A stretch of DNA of 64,000 nt. It comes from Candidatus Latescibacterota bacterium (lineage in GTDB: Bacteria > Latescibacterota > UBA2968). Position 1 is the stretch's first letter. Each line of letters begins with the position of its first letter. The translations under genes and the position numbers were made by a program. The DNA is taken from the NCBI GenBank assembly GCA_965116885.1, contig OZ220741.1:4000001-4064000 (forward strand). Reading direction: 5' to 3'. Below, in pieces: positions 1 to 8,236 of the stretch. The notes under the pieces were generated by a model. The model was not told the DNA's origin. It did no database searches and saw only the letters and a program-made list of their open reading frames with translations.

Positions 1-480
1 ATGGCCTGGCACAATACCGGATTGTTTTTTGCAGTTGATGTAAAAGGTGCCGGGGGACGTGCGCCCGATGTTAGCCGACCATTGCGCGGTGATAGCTTTC
101 AGGTATGGATTGATACGCGCGATGTGCGTACTGCGCCGCGAGGAAGCCGGTATTGTCATCATTTTTGTTTTTGGCCTGGAAGGGGCAAGAAGCGAGCCGG
201 GGGAAGGCAGTTTCGTCTGCGACGGGCAAGAGCGCATCCGAGATTGTGCGATCCCGAGCGTTTAGAGGTGGCTTCAAAGGTGTACAAAGAGGGGTATCGC
301 CTGGAAGCCCATATTCCCGCTGCTGCAATGACCGGATTTGATCCCGATGAGAATAATCGGATCGGTTTTACTTATTTGTTGCGCGATAAGAATTTAGGGC
401 GGCAAGTTTGGACAGCAGAGGAAATTTTGCCCGTGTCTTATGATCCGAGTTTGTGGGGTACAGCGGAATTGGTGGGGTAA
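1..480 (+). CDS. CBM9/DOMON-like hypothetical protein (probably 5'-truncated at window edge)
   Basis: AWxxxGLFFAVDV...DSFQVWIDTR...GYRLEAHIP...RIGFTY...PSLWGTAEL resembles CBM9-like sugar-binding domains. Confidence 0.55.
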   Translation: MAWHNTGLFFAVDVKGAGGRAPDVSRPLRGDSFQVWIDTRDVRTAPRGSRYCHHFCFWPGRGKKRAGGRQFRLRRARAHPRLCDPERLEVASKVYKEGYRLEAHIPAAAMTGFDPDENNRIGFTYLLRDKNLGRQVWTAEEILPVSYDPSLWGTAELVG

Positions 481-586
481 GTGTCAAAAGTCGAGAAGCA
501 GGTTTGTATTTCGTCAAATAGTTTTGTATATTGGACACATTGAACGTTAGTCTCAATCGAATATAGTTTATATTCGAGGTTGGTAT

Positions 587-1594
587 ATGGCACAAGATAG
601 CGAACTTTCTCAAGACCTCACCGCTCGCGTGGAGCGTTTGGAGTCGCTGTTGGCAATTAGTCGGTTGATGAATGCGACGGCAAACCAGGGGCGGTTGATC
701 AGTGGTATTGCGCATGAAATCTCTACGTATTTGGAAGCGGATCAGTGTTCGATTTTTTTTCACAACCGCCTGACGGATGAGCTTTATACGCATGTTGGGG
801 CAGGGGTCGAAAAAGACACGCAGGTACGAATCCCGAGCAATAGGGGTATCGCAGGGCATGTGTTTAGGAGCGGCGATGTACGAAATGTTTTAGATACCTC
901 TAAAGACCCCTTGTTTTCCAATGAGCTTGGGTATGAAACGCATACTATGCTGGCCTTTCCGCTGCACAACAGACGCGGAGAGGTGATAGGTGTGCTGGAA
1001 CTCCTGAATAAGAAAGGCGATCCGGGGTATTTTACAAAAGATGATGAGGATTTTTTGCATGAGGTGGCCGCGCAAATCGGTGGGTTGGTCGATATGATGC
1101 TGCGGCGAGAGGAGATGGCCCACCGCAATGAGTTGCTCGAAGCGCAGATGGAGCGCTTGTCGGGATTTGAGCATCTGGTGGAGGATCGCACGGTTATCAA
1201 TACTGTGTTTAAGTACAACCGCAAGATACACTATTGGGCCGGGTTGGTCGGCATGATTTTGTTGGCAGTGATGTCTATTACCTCTCTGGTGATGGTGCGA
1301 TCTGCTGATTTCCGGAAAATCATGCTGGAGTTGCATTCAGGGGTTATTTTTGCGGGTGCTAGCAATGCGTATATTTATACCGATATCGTTGCCTATGTTA
1401 CGTTGACGATTTGTCTTTCTGGTTTTCTGATGTATGCCTATCCACCATTGAATCGCTGGATGAGGGCCAAAAAGGATCGGCTTTCGCGGTTTATGATTCA
1501 GGCGGGAGTGCGTCAGCACAATCAAAATCGCCGGGTTCAGGAGGGATTGAGAAAAGTGTTGGGGGGCAGAGATAAGCCCTCTGGAAAAACTTGA
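587..1594 (+). CDS. GAF-domain protein fused to a coiled coil and PepSY-associated-like TM helices
   Basis: N-terminal GAF (CSIF, GIAGHVFRSG, MLAFPL, VIGVLELLNK, FTKDDE); C-terminal RKIHYWAGL-TM and LELHSG...TM-LSG; GAGG upstream. Confidence 0.75.
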   Translation: MAQDSELSQDLTARVERLESLLAISRLMNATANQGRLISGIAHEISTYLEADQCSIFFHNRLTDELYTHVGAGVEKDTQVRIPSNRGIAGHVFRSGDVRNVLDTSKDPLFSNELGYETHTMLAFPLHNRRGEVIGVLELLNKKGDPGYFTKDDEDFLHEVAAQIGGLVDMMLRREEMAHRNELLEAQMERLSGFEHLVEDRTVINTVFKYNRKIHYWAGLVGMILLAVMSITSLVMVRSADFRKIMLELHSGVIFAGASNAYIYTDIVAYVTLTICLSGFLMYAYPPLNRWMRAKKDRLSRFMIQAGVRQHNQNRRVQEGLRKVLGGRDKPSGKT

Positions 1595-1662
1595 TTTTGT
1601 GTTGAGAAAAGTTTATTATCATGGTCCGCGATATGAAACGAGAAAGGAAATAGGAGGAAGCA

Positions 1663-2115
1663 ATGCGCTATTTGAGGTTTATGGCTTTGGGTTCGGTAAT
1701 TCTGGGCGTTGTGATGGCCGGTATCGCTGGCTGTGGTGGGGGGCAAGAACAGTCGGATAATAATCTGCCAGTGAGACGTGCGAAGATGCGTGAGATTAAG
1801 TTGAGTACAGACCGGATTATGGTCGCGCTGAAAAACGAGACGGTTGAGGGGGTTGCCGATGATGCCGAGAAGATTCAGGATGCTTTGGCAGCGGTGATCG
1901 ATCTCTATCCGCCAGAACACGAAGAGAAGTACACGATTTACAACCAGGACTCTCAAACCCATGCTTTGGGGATTGCCTCGGCTGCCAAGGCGGGAAATGT
2001 CAAAGAGGCGAATAAGCAGTTCCGCGCCATGGTACCTTATTGTGGCAAATGTCACGAAGATTGCGCGTATTTGCTGGCTCCCGCATTTCCCGAGTATGAA
2101 GATGTAAGCGAATAA
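1663..2115 (+). CDS. Lipoprotein c-type cytochrome (cytochrome c'-like helical bundle)
   Basis: Lipobox IAGC; C-terminal CxxCH (CGKCH); helical sequence; AGGAGG RBS. Confidence 0.7.
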   Translation: MRYLRFMALGSVILGVVMAGIAGCGGGQEQSDNNLPVRRAKMREIKLSTDRIMVALKNETVEGVADDAEKIQDALAAVIDLYPPEHEEKYTIYNQDSQTHALGIASAAKAGNVKEANKQFRAMVPYCGKCHEDCAYLLAPAFPEYEDVSE

Positions 2116-2127
2116 AAATTAAGAATG

Positions 2128-2165
2128 AAAAAAGCGTCAGCTCAAGTAGCTGACGCTTTTTTTTT
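2128..2165. terminator. Bidirectional intrinsic terminator
   Basis: AAAAAAGCGTCAGCT-caagt-AGCTGACGCTTTTTTTT between convergent genes. Confidence 0.9.
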
Positions 2166-2176
2166 GGGTTTTGTGA

Positions 2177-2935
2177 TTAGAACCGCCAGATTTTCAGGGC
2201 GGTTTTTCCGAATATCCATTCTCTGTCTTCTTCACTGAGGTCAGACAGACAATCCATTGGGACTTTGAGGCTGTTGTCGTAGCCTTCGCGTCTGCTTACG
2301 GGGGGATAATCGCTGCCCCACATAACTCTTTGGGGGCCAAAGGCTTCGATGGTCATGTCGGCGAGTGGGGGAATGGGATCAAAGGGCAAGGGCACGGGAC
2401 AGATTTCGCCGAATCCGGGGAGTTTGATGGACAGATTGGGCTGTTCGGCGAGTTCGAGAATTTTTTTAAAGGTATCATAAGGGGGCTGTTGGCCCTCGCC
2501 GATGCCCGCGAGGTGTTCGATTACAATGGACAGATTTGGAAATTCTCTGATTACTTCTGCAAATTCATCGCTCAGAAGGCTTTGGGGATTGCTCGGCGCA
2601 CTGACGACGAGGTCGAGTTCGGCTGCTGTACGCCACTGCGCGAGGGGGTCGGCGCAATCGGCGCGACTATTTGCAGGGAGACGGATGCCCACGATGCCCT
2701 GTTCTGCCCATTGTCGCATGGCTGTGCCATCGTCTGTTGGTTCGACGATCATGGCCGCTTGAAATTTTTCCGGATGTGCCGCCATGCTGTCGAGCATATA
2801 CTGGTTATCCGAGTTCCCCGCGTATTGGATGAAGACGGCACGATCAACGCCAGATGTGTTCATGTGGTAGAGTAGGGATTCTACGGGTTCGTATTTGTGA
2901 AGTCCAATGTGGCAGTGTGTATCGACAATGGTCAT
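2177..2935 (-). CDS. Amidohydrolase family protein (Amidohydro_2)
   Basis: IVDTHCH, IVIEHLA, VMWGSDYP, IFGKTA motifs; start at MTIVD with GGAG RBS. Confidence 0.9.
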   Translation of the reverse strand: MTIVDTHCHIGLHKYEPVESLLYHMNTSGVDRAVFIQYAGNSDNQYMLDSMAAHPEKFQAAMIVEPTDDGTAMRQWAEQGIVGIRLPANSRADCADPLAQWRTAAELDLVVSAPSNPQSLLSDEFAEVIREFPNLSIVIEHLAGIGEGQQPPYDTFKKILELAEQPNLSIKLPGFGEICPVPLPFDPIPPLADMTIEAFGPQRVMWGSDYPPVSRREGYDNSLKVPMDCLSDLSEEDREWIFGKTALKIWRF

Positions 2936-2961
2936 TGCGTTTTTACTCCGAAAGGGTGGGA

Positions 2962-3654
2962 TCAAAACAATGCGCCCTGTTCGGGCGGTTGTGCGGGTTT
3001 CAGGCAGTCTGGCGTGTCATTAGTAGGAATGTTGACGAGGGGAGAAACAGGATATGCTGTCATCTCTTGTGCGGAATAGGGTAAGAGAAGGGCTTGCAGG
3101 TCTGTTCGCTCTGCCGGATCGAGCCAGAGGTCATACACATCATCCCGTAGAATGACGGGCATGCGATTGTGAATCGGTGCCATCAGGTCGTTGGGTTCGG
3201 TTGTGATAATCGTACAGGATTGAATGCTATGTCCCTCGGGGGGTGATTGCCACGATTCCCAGAGGCCAGCAAAAGCAAAAGGGGCACCGGATTTGAGCGC
3301 GATATACATAGGGGTTTTGGTTCTGCCATCGGGATTGCGTTGCCATTCGTAAAATCCCGTTGCGGGAATCAGACACCGCCGTCTTTTGAAGGCCGTGCGA
3401 AATGAGGGTTTTTCCGCAAGGGTTTCTCCCCGCGCATTGATGAGCCGGTTGCCAATTTTGTGATCTTTTGCCCACGATGGAATAAGTCCCCATTTGAAGG
3501 CGTCCGCACGCGGCTCGGCAGTGTTGGCAATCGCCGTGATATCCTGGCCCGGTGCGATATTGTATCGCAAGGGTATCTCGTTGGGAAAAACGACCTGTGG
3601 AAATGCGAGTTGGTTTTCATCGCTTTGGGTAGCATAAACAAATCGACCGCACAT
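2962..3654 (-). CDS. SOS response-associated peptidase (SRAP/YedK/HMCES family, abasic-site protein)
   Basis: N-terminal MCGRF, RYNIAPGQ, WGLIPSWAKD, INARGET, GFYEW, IHNRMPVIL. Confidence 0.95.
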   Translation of the reverse strand: MCGRFVYATQSDENQLAFPQVVFPNEIPLRYNIAPGQDITAIANTAEPRADAFKWGLIPSWAKDHKIGNRLINARGETLAEKPSFRTAFKRRRCLIPATGFYEWQRNPDGRTKTPMYIALKSGAPFAFAGLWESWQSPPEGHSIQSCTIITTEPNDLMAPIHNRMPVILRDDVYDLWLDPAERTDLQALLLPYSAQEMTAYPVSPLVNIPTNDTPDCLKPAQPPEQGALF

Positions 3655-3845
3655 GATATGATTCCTTTGTAAAGCAGCGATCCAGGAAATTTTAGCTGAC
3701 TGCTGACCGCTTATCTATGTATAGTCTCTTATCGTCAAATGTCAAGGTCTTTCCCGTAATAATTTTTCTTGCTCGTGGACGGGTGTCTCATTACATTGTG
3801 CCGCGTTTTATAGATTGATTTTACATTTTCGATTGGAGGGATGTT

Positions 3846-4904
3846 ATGGCAGCAGAGCTGGGTTTTGGCGTTGTTGGACTGGGTATGGGGACGAACCACT
3901 GTCGGTCTGTCACGCGGGCCAATGGCGCGAAGTTGGTGGCTGTGTGCGATTTAGATGAGGAGCGTTTGGGACCGATGGCTGAAGAATACGGATGCAAAGC
4001 TTATACGAGTTATGAGGAGATGCTTCAGGACGATGAGGTTCAGGTCGTCAACGTTTGTGTTGAGTCCGGAAAGCACGCTGAGTTGGGTATTCAGGCCGCA
4101 GATGCAGGTAAGCATATGATCGTTGAGAAGCCCGCGGATATTACGCCTGAGCGCGTTGACCAATTAATTGGTGCGGTGAAAGATGCCGGCGTAAAGGTCG
4201 GATGTATTTTTCAAGCGCGTTTGGAACCACTAAACAGGCGGATTAAAGATGCTGTTGATAGCGGTAAGCTGGGCAAGTTAATCGGCGTTCACGGCCATTT
4301 GCCCTGGTATCGCGCGGATAGTTATTATCAGGGCGCGCATGGATCGTGGAAGGGAACGTGGGATCTCGATGGGGGAGGCTCGCTGATGAATCAGGGCGTG
4401 CATACCGTCGATTTGATTCAGTGGCTTGCAGGCGGCGTCGAGTCTGTGATGGGCATGTTCGGCGTTTTTGGACACGATATCGAAGCAGAAGATCAGACGG
4501 TGGCGTTGTTCAAGTTTAAGAATGGCGCGATTGGCACGGTTTATACAACGACTTGCTGCTATCCAGGGCTTCCGCAATTGGTGACTATTTACGGAGAGAA
4601 TGGGTCAATTATGAAAGATGCTTCAAAGTTGATTTCCTGGAAGATCCAGGGTGAGAATGAGGCATCGGAAGAAGCCGAGATGCTGGGTTTTTACGGCGAC
4701 AGGGAAGACAAGCAAAAGAATATTTCAGCAGATCCGCTGGCCGTCAGTTCCGATGGACATACGCTGATTATCGAAGACCTTATCGGGGCGATCAATGAAG
4801 AGCGCGAACCTATGATTGGCCTTGAAAGCGCGCGCCACGCCGTGGAAATTATCACTGCGGTGTTTGAATCCGGGCGCACTGGGCGGGAGGTTAAGGTGGG
4901 GTAG
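3846..4904 (+). CDS. Gfo/Idh/MocA family oxidoreductase
   Basis: VVGLGMG, AGKHMIVEKP, GGGSLMNQGVHTVD. Confidence 0.95.
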   Translation: MAAELGFGVVGLGMGTNHCRSVTRANGAKLVAVCDLDEERLGPMAEEYGCKAYTSYEEMLQDDEVQVVNVCVESGKHAELGIQAADAGKHMIVEKPADITPERVDQLIGAVKDAGVKVGCIFQARLEPLNRRIKDAVDSGKLGKLIGVHGHLPWYRADSYYQGAHGSWKGTWDLDGGGSLMNQGVHTVDLIQWLAGGVESVMGMFGVFGHDIEAEDQTVALFKFKNGAIGTVYTTTCCYPGLPQLVTIYGENGSIMKDASKLISWKIQGENEASEEAEMLGFYGDREDKQKNISADPLAVSSDGHTLIIEDLIGAINEEREPMIGLESARHAVEIITAVFESGRTGREVKVG

Positions 4905-4907
4905 AGG

Positions 4908-4933
4908 GAAGTATGAAGTATGAAGTATGAAGT
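4908..4933. repeat. Heptamer tandem repeat (GAAGTAT) x3.7
   Basis: gaagtat gaagtat gaagtat gaagt between stop codon and terminator. Confidence 0.85.
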
Positions 4934-4934
4934 G

Positions 4935-4978
4935 GAAAGTAAAAAAAGCCAGATATTTTGTCTGGCTTTTTTACTTTC
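4935..4978. terminator. Bidirectional intrinsic terminator
   Basis: GAAAGTAAAAAAAGCCAGA-loop-TCTGGCTTTTTTACTTTC between convergent genes. Confidence 0.9.
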
Positions 4979-5336
4979 ACGGATTGTAGCCGGGGAATGC
5001 CTCTGCCATCGCTTCTTTGTCCGTGCCTGCGAATAGCCGATCGCCGGTGTGTATTAGTGGTCGGCGTATTAGTCGAGGTTGTTCAACCATGAAGCGAATC
5101 AGTTCATCCGCCGACACTTCTTCCCTGTCGAGTTTTAGCGTTCGCGCCGAAGGACTCCGCCATGAAAATATGTCGGTTGGCGGAGTGTCGCCGAGTAATT
5201 CTCGGAGTTCTTCCTCTGAGAATTCATCTTTGAAGAAATCTCTTTCCTCAAAATTCACGTCTTCTCGTGAAAGCCACGCTTTCACCTTGCGACATGTGCT
5301 TCATCTGTTCCAGGTGTAAAAGTTGATTTTAGACAT
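4977..5336 (-). CDS. ArsC/Spx-family thioredoxin-fold protein, probable selenoprotein (UxxC)
   Basis: ATG at 5336 with AGGAG RBS; reads MSKINFYTWNR-UGA-STCRKVKAWL...QPRLIRRPLI; the UGA (5303-5301) is at the first Cys of the family CxxC motif. Confidence 0.85.
5267..5285 (-). promoter_or_regulatory. Putative bacterial SECIS hairpin
   Basis: mRNA GUGAAAGC-GUG-GCUUUCAC, perfect 8-bp stem starting 15 nt after the UGA, with G in the apical loop. Confidence 0.7.
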
Positions 5337-5361
5337 GGATATCTCCTGTATGTTCCATTAT

Positions 5362-8058
5362 TTACATAGAAACGCCCAGTAGCCCTCGGGTGAATTGGAA
5401 GTCTGTGTTGCCCGTTAGCGGTGTTTTGGGTGTGTATTGACGAGAGGCGACGGCGATGATCTGGCGCAAGAGGGCGTCGGCATTGTGTTCGGGGTCGGCG
5501 TTGAAGATGAGGTCAAAGTCATCGCCGTAGGAATTGGCGACGCGTTCTTCGGCTGTTGTTTGAAGCATGGGGGTCAGGGGATGGCCCTGCAAGGGGTGAT
5601 CGCCCGAATAGGCGACAATGATATGGACGCCTGTGCCGCCCAATCCCGTGAGGGTTTCTACCCAGTGGTCGGTCTGGCTGTCCATGATGTGATAGCCCGG
5701 TTGGGCGGGATTTTGCCCGTGTGCAATAGTTGGGGCAGGTGGTGTGCTGCCCAGGACCTCGGATAGATAGATGGGATGGGACAGAAAACTCGCATTGTCG
5801 GGTATAACGAGCGTGGCACCTGTGCCAATCAGGGTTTGGGATAAAATAGCGAGCGATTGTGCGGCAATATCGGAAATAGAACCAGAAGCGTGAAGACCGA
5901 TGCGGAGTGCGGACAGGTGGGCGGGAGTGATTTCAGCAGGAGGCGTCTGCGTGAACTGGTTGAAAAAATAGGCTTCAACTTTGTCGAGAACGGCCTCAAT
6001 ACCGCCATCGAGTTGCACACTGGCCCATCCAAATGTATCGGGGCTGATTCCTCTATCGTCCAGTGCGTGCCGAATATAGTCGTTGTGGGTCTTTTCACAG
6101 CCGTGTTCCAATAACAGGCAGGTTTGTACGAGGGGGTGGGTGAGGTAGCCGAGCATGGTGCGCGTGTAGAGGCGTTCGGTGGCTTCTCCCGATACGCCGC
6201 ATCCTTCGGTGTGCGCGAGGGCGACAAAGCGCGAGATGCCCTTATCGTGGCCCAGCCCCTTTTCTGTGAGACGTTTTGCCGCCATTAGCGCGATTTGCCC
6301 CGAACACAGGCTGGTGGGTAGAATCAGGCCCAGGCGGTCGGTTGTGAATCCGTCCTGGGTGCGAATGGCCTCAAAGCTGTGTTCTTCATCAGCACCAAGT
6401 GTCTGAATAGCGAGCGGCACGCCCTGGGGGTCTGGCCGGTTCGTGAGATCGGACAGGTGATCTGTTGAGGTCTGTCGCCAGGTGCGCCATATCGAGACTT
6501 GCGCGTGTGCGGCCTTTTCGCCTTTGCTGCGTTCTCCAGAGGCGATTTTGCAGGTCAGGTCAAACATATCGCTGCCGAGGTCGTCCATGGAGGTGCCGTC
6601 CAGATATGCACCCGCGTTGACATCCATATCTTTGCTGAGCAACTGATAGCGTTCGGATGTGGTCACGATTTTGATGGTGGGTACAAAGGGGAAGTTTGTG
6701 ATTGAGCCATTACCCGTGACAAAAAAGATCATGTTGCATCCCGAAGCCACCTGGCCAGCGATGCTTTCAAGATCATTTCCCGGGCTGTCCATGAAATAAT
6801 ATCCTGGATCGGTCATTGGGGCGGAGTAGTCAATGACCGAATCGAGGCGAACATCTGGATGGCGTTTCATGGCTGCGCCAATTGATTTGAGAACGATATT
6901 GTAGAGGCCGCGAAACTTGTTGCCCCCGGAAGGGTTGCCTTCTGCTGTTGTGCCGTGCCATGCAGCGAAGGTTTTATAGGCTTCTACTTTGTCGAGAAAG
7001 CACTGGGCAACATCGTAAGATGATACATTTTGGAGAACGTAGGATTCTGCGCCAATGAGTTCGTCGGTTTCTGCGAGGTTGGCTGAGCCACCGTGGCGAA
7101 TGATCTCTCGTGCCACCCACGAAGCCAATGGATTGCCGGAGATGCCCGAGAATGCGTCTGATCCGCCGCATTGCAGTGCAATTTTGATGTGCGATAGGGG
7201 TTCGGGCGTGCGGACCATTGCCTGGACTTGTGGCAGCCATTTGACAATGATGTTTTCGCCCTGTTGTAGCGCGTTTTCAAAGCTGCCTTCAAGCGTGAGA
7301 AAATGGTGTAGAACATGGTCAATGGGATAATTGTTTTGCGCGAGAAATTCCCGAAGATGCTGGTTGGTGATGGCTTCGTGACCATAGTCGATTGCGAGTA
7401 CCGCACCGACGTTTGGGTGTACTGCAAATCCGGCGAGTGTACGCAATAAGAGGTCTTTGTTATTGGGGATTTCAGTGCCGCCGCCTTCGGTGTGGGCAAC
7501 CGCAACAATGCCATCGATATTGCGATAATCTCGTACGCGATCTTTTAATCTCGCTTCGAGCTGTTTAGCATAACTTGCTGTGCGAGAGGATGTTCCCAAA
7601 ATAACTATATTATTTCTCGTACCTGCACCTCGGCCTCCCGATCTTCTGTATCCCTGAAAATTACCGTAATGATCATAGCGTTCGACTTGCTCACCCGACT
7701 CAAAGGTCACCGCATCGATCTGGTGTGGAACAATGCGATCTTCAAAGTTGGGCACATTTGGAAGCTCAAAGTCGAGATCGCGGAGTTTGAGAGCACCAAG
7801 GATCTCTGGATTGCAGGCATAATCTCCAGGAGAGATATGGCGCGTTGCAATGCCAAAGGGCAGGCCCCACGAGAGGAGCGGTTCACCAGGCGCAATGGGT
7901 TGGATGGCAAAGCGATGGCCTTCGAGGATGGTGTGCCGAAGCGCGAAGGTGCGATCTGAATGGATAATCTGTGTGCCTCTGCCCAGTTTTCGGGTCGCAA
8001 TGCCGACATTGTCTCCCGGAAGAGGGGCACGACCGATTTCAGAAAAAGTATGTGTCAT
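5362..8058 (-). CDS. UxaA/GarD-family dehydratase: SAF domain plus tandem duplicated catalytic region
   Basis: SAF (DNVGIA, GHRFA), QCGGSD, GNPSGGNK, DSPGND; second copy with PTSLCS, HTEGCG, HGCEK; start at 8058 supported by promoter at 8118-8090. Confidence 0.85.
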   Translation of the reverse strand: MTHTFSEIGRAPLPGDNVGIATRKLGRGTQIIHSDRTFALRHTILEGHRFAIQPIAPGEPLLSWGLPFGIATRHISPGDYACNPEILGALKLRDLDFELPNVPNFEDRIVPHQIDAVTFESGEQVERYDHYGNFQGYRRSGGRGAGTRNNIVILGTSSRTASYAKQLEARLKDRVRDYRNIDGIVAVAHTEGGGTEIPNNKDLLLRTLAGFAVHPNVGAVLAIDYGHEAITNQHLREFLAQNNYPIDHVLHHFLTLEGSFENALQQGENIIVKWLPQVQAMVRTPEPLSHIKIALQCGGSDAFSGISGNPLASWVAREIIRHGGSANLAETDELIGAESYVLQNVSSYDVAQCFLDKVEAYKTFAAWHGTTAEGNPSGGNKFRGLYNIVLKSIGAAMKRHPDVRLDSVIDYSAPMTDPGYYFMDSPGNDLESIAGQVASGCNMIFFVTGNGSITNFPFVPTIKIVTTSERYQLLSKDMDVNAGAYLDGTSMDDLGSDMFDLTCKIASGERSKGEKAAHAQVSIWRTWRQTSTDHLSDLTNRPDPQGVPLAIQTLGADEEHSFEAIRTQDGFTTDRLGLILPTSLCSGQIALMAAKRLTEKGLGHDKGISRFVALAHTEGCGVSGEATERLYTRTMLGYLTHPLVQTCLLLEHGCEKTHNDYIRHALDDRGISPDTFGWASVQLDGGIEAVLDKVEAYFFNQFTQTPPAEITPAHLSALRIGLHASGSISDIAAQSLAILSQTLIGTGATLVIPDNASFLSHPIYLSEVLGSTPPAPTIAHGQNPAQPGYHIMDSQTDHWVETLTGLGGTGVHIIVAYSGDHPLQGHPLTPMLQTTAEERVANSYGDDFDLIFNADPEHNADALLRQIIAVASRQYTPKTPLTGNTDFQFTRGLLGVSM

Positions 8059-8089
8059 AGATTGCATTCCTTTGAAAAGTTTGTTCACA

Positions 8090-8118
8090 GTTATACGGAA
8101 AAGAAAAAATGATGTCAA
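8090..8118 (-). promoter_or_regulatory. Sigma70-type promoter for the UxaA-like/selenoprotein operon
   Basis: TTGACA-17 nt-TATAAC on the minus strand. Confidence 0.7.
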
Positions 8119-8236
8119 GTTTCATATAAAAAAGCCCTTGACAGATTATATACATTTGGTTTATGTTTTTATCAGTTGTTTTATTAGCAAAACATTGGTT
8201 AAACGGCTAAACGCACTGTTCGAGGGGGGTGGTCAT

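Noticed and set aside
2962..3760. Prophage or SOS cassette around the SRAP gene
   Set aside because: No phage genes, error-prone polymerase or recognisable LexA box
4977..5285. 102-aa ORF as called (GTG start), or a pseudogene interpretation
   Set aside because: It lacks the family N-terminal strand and CxxC; the upstream ATG with RBS, the UGA at the Cys position and the SECIS-like hairpin favour Sec read-through
7850..8236. N-terminal extension of the DtxR ORF
   Set aside because: Overlaps the opposite-strand dehydratase and the divergent promoters; the RBS supports a start at 8237
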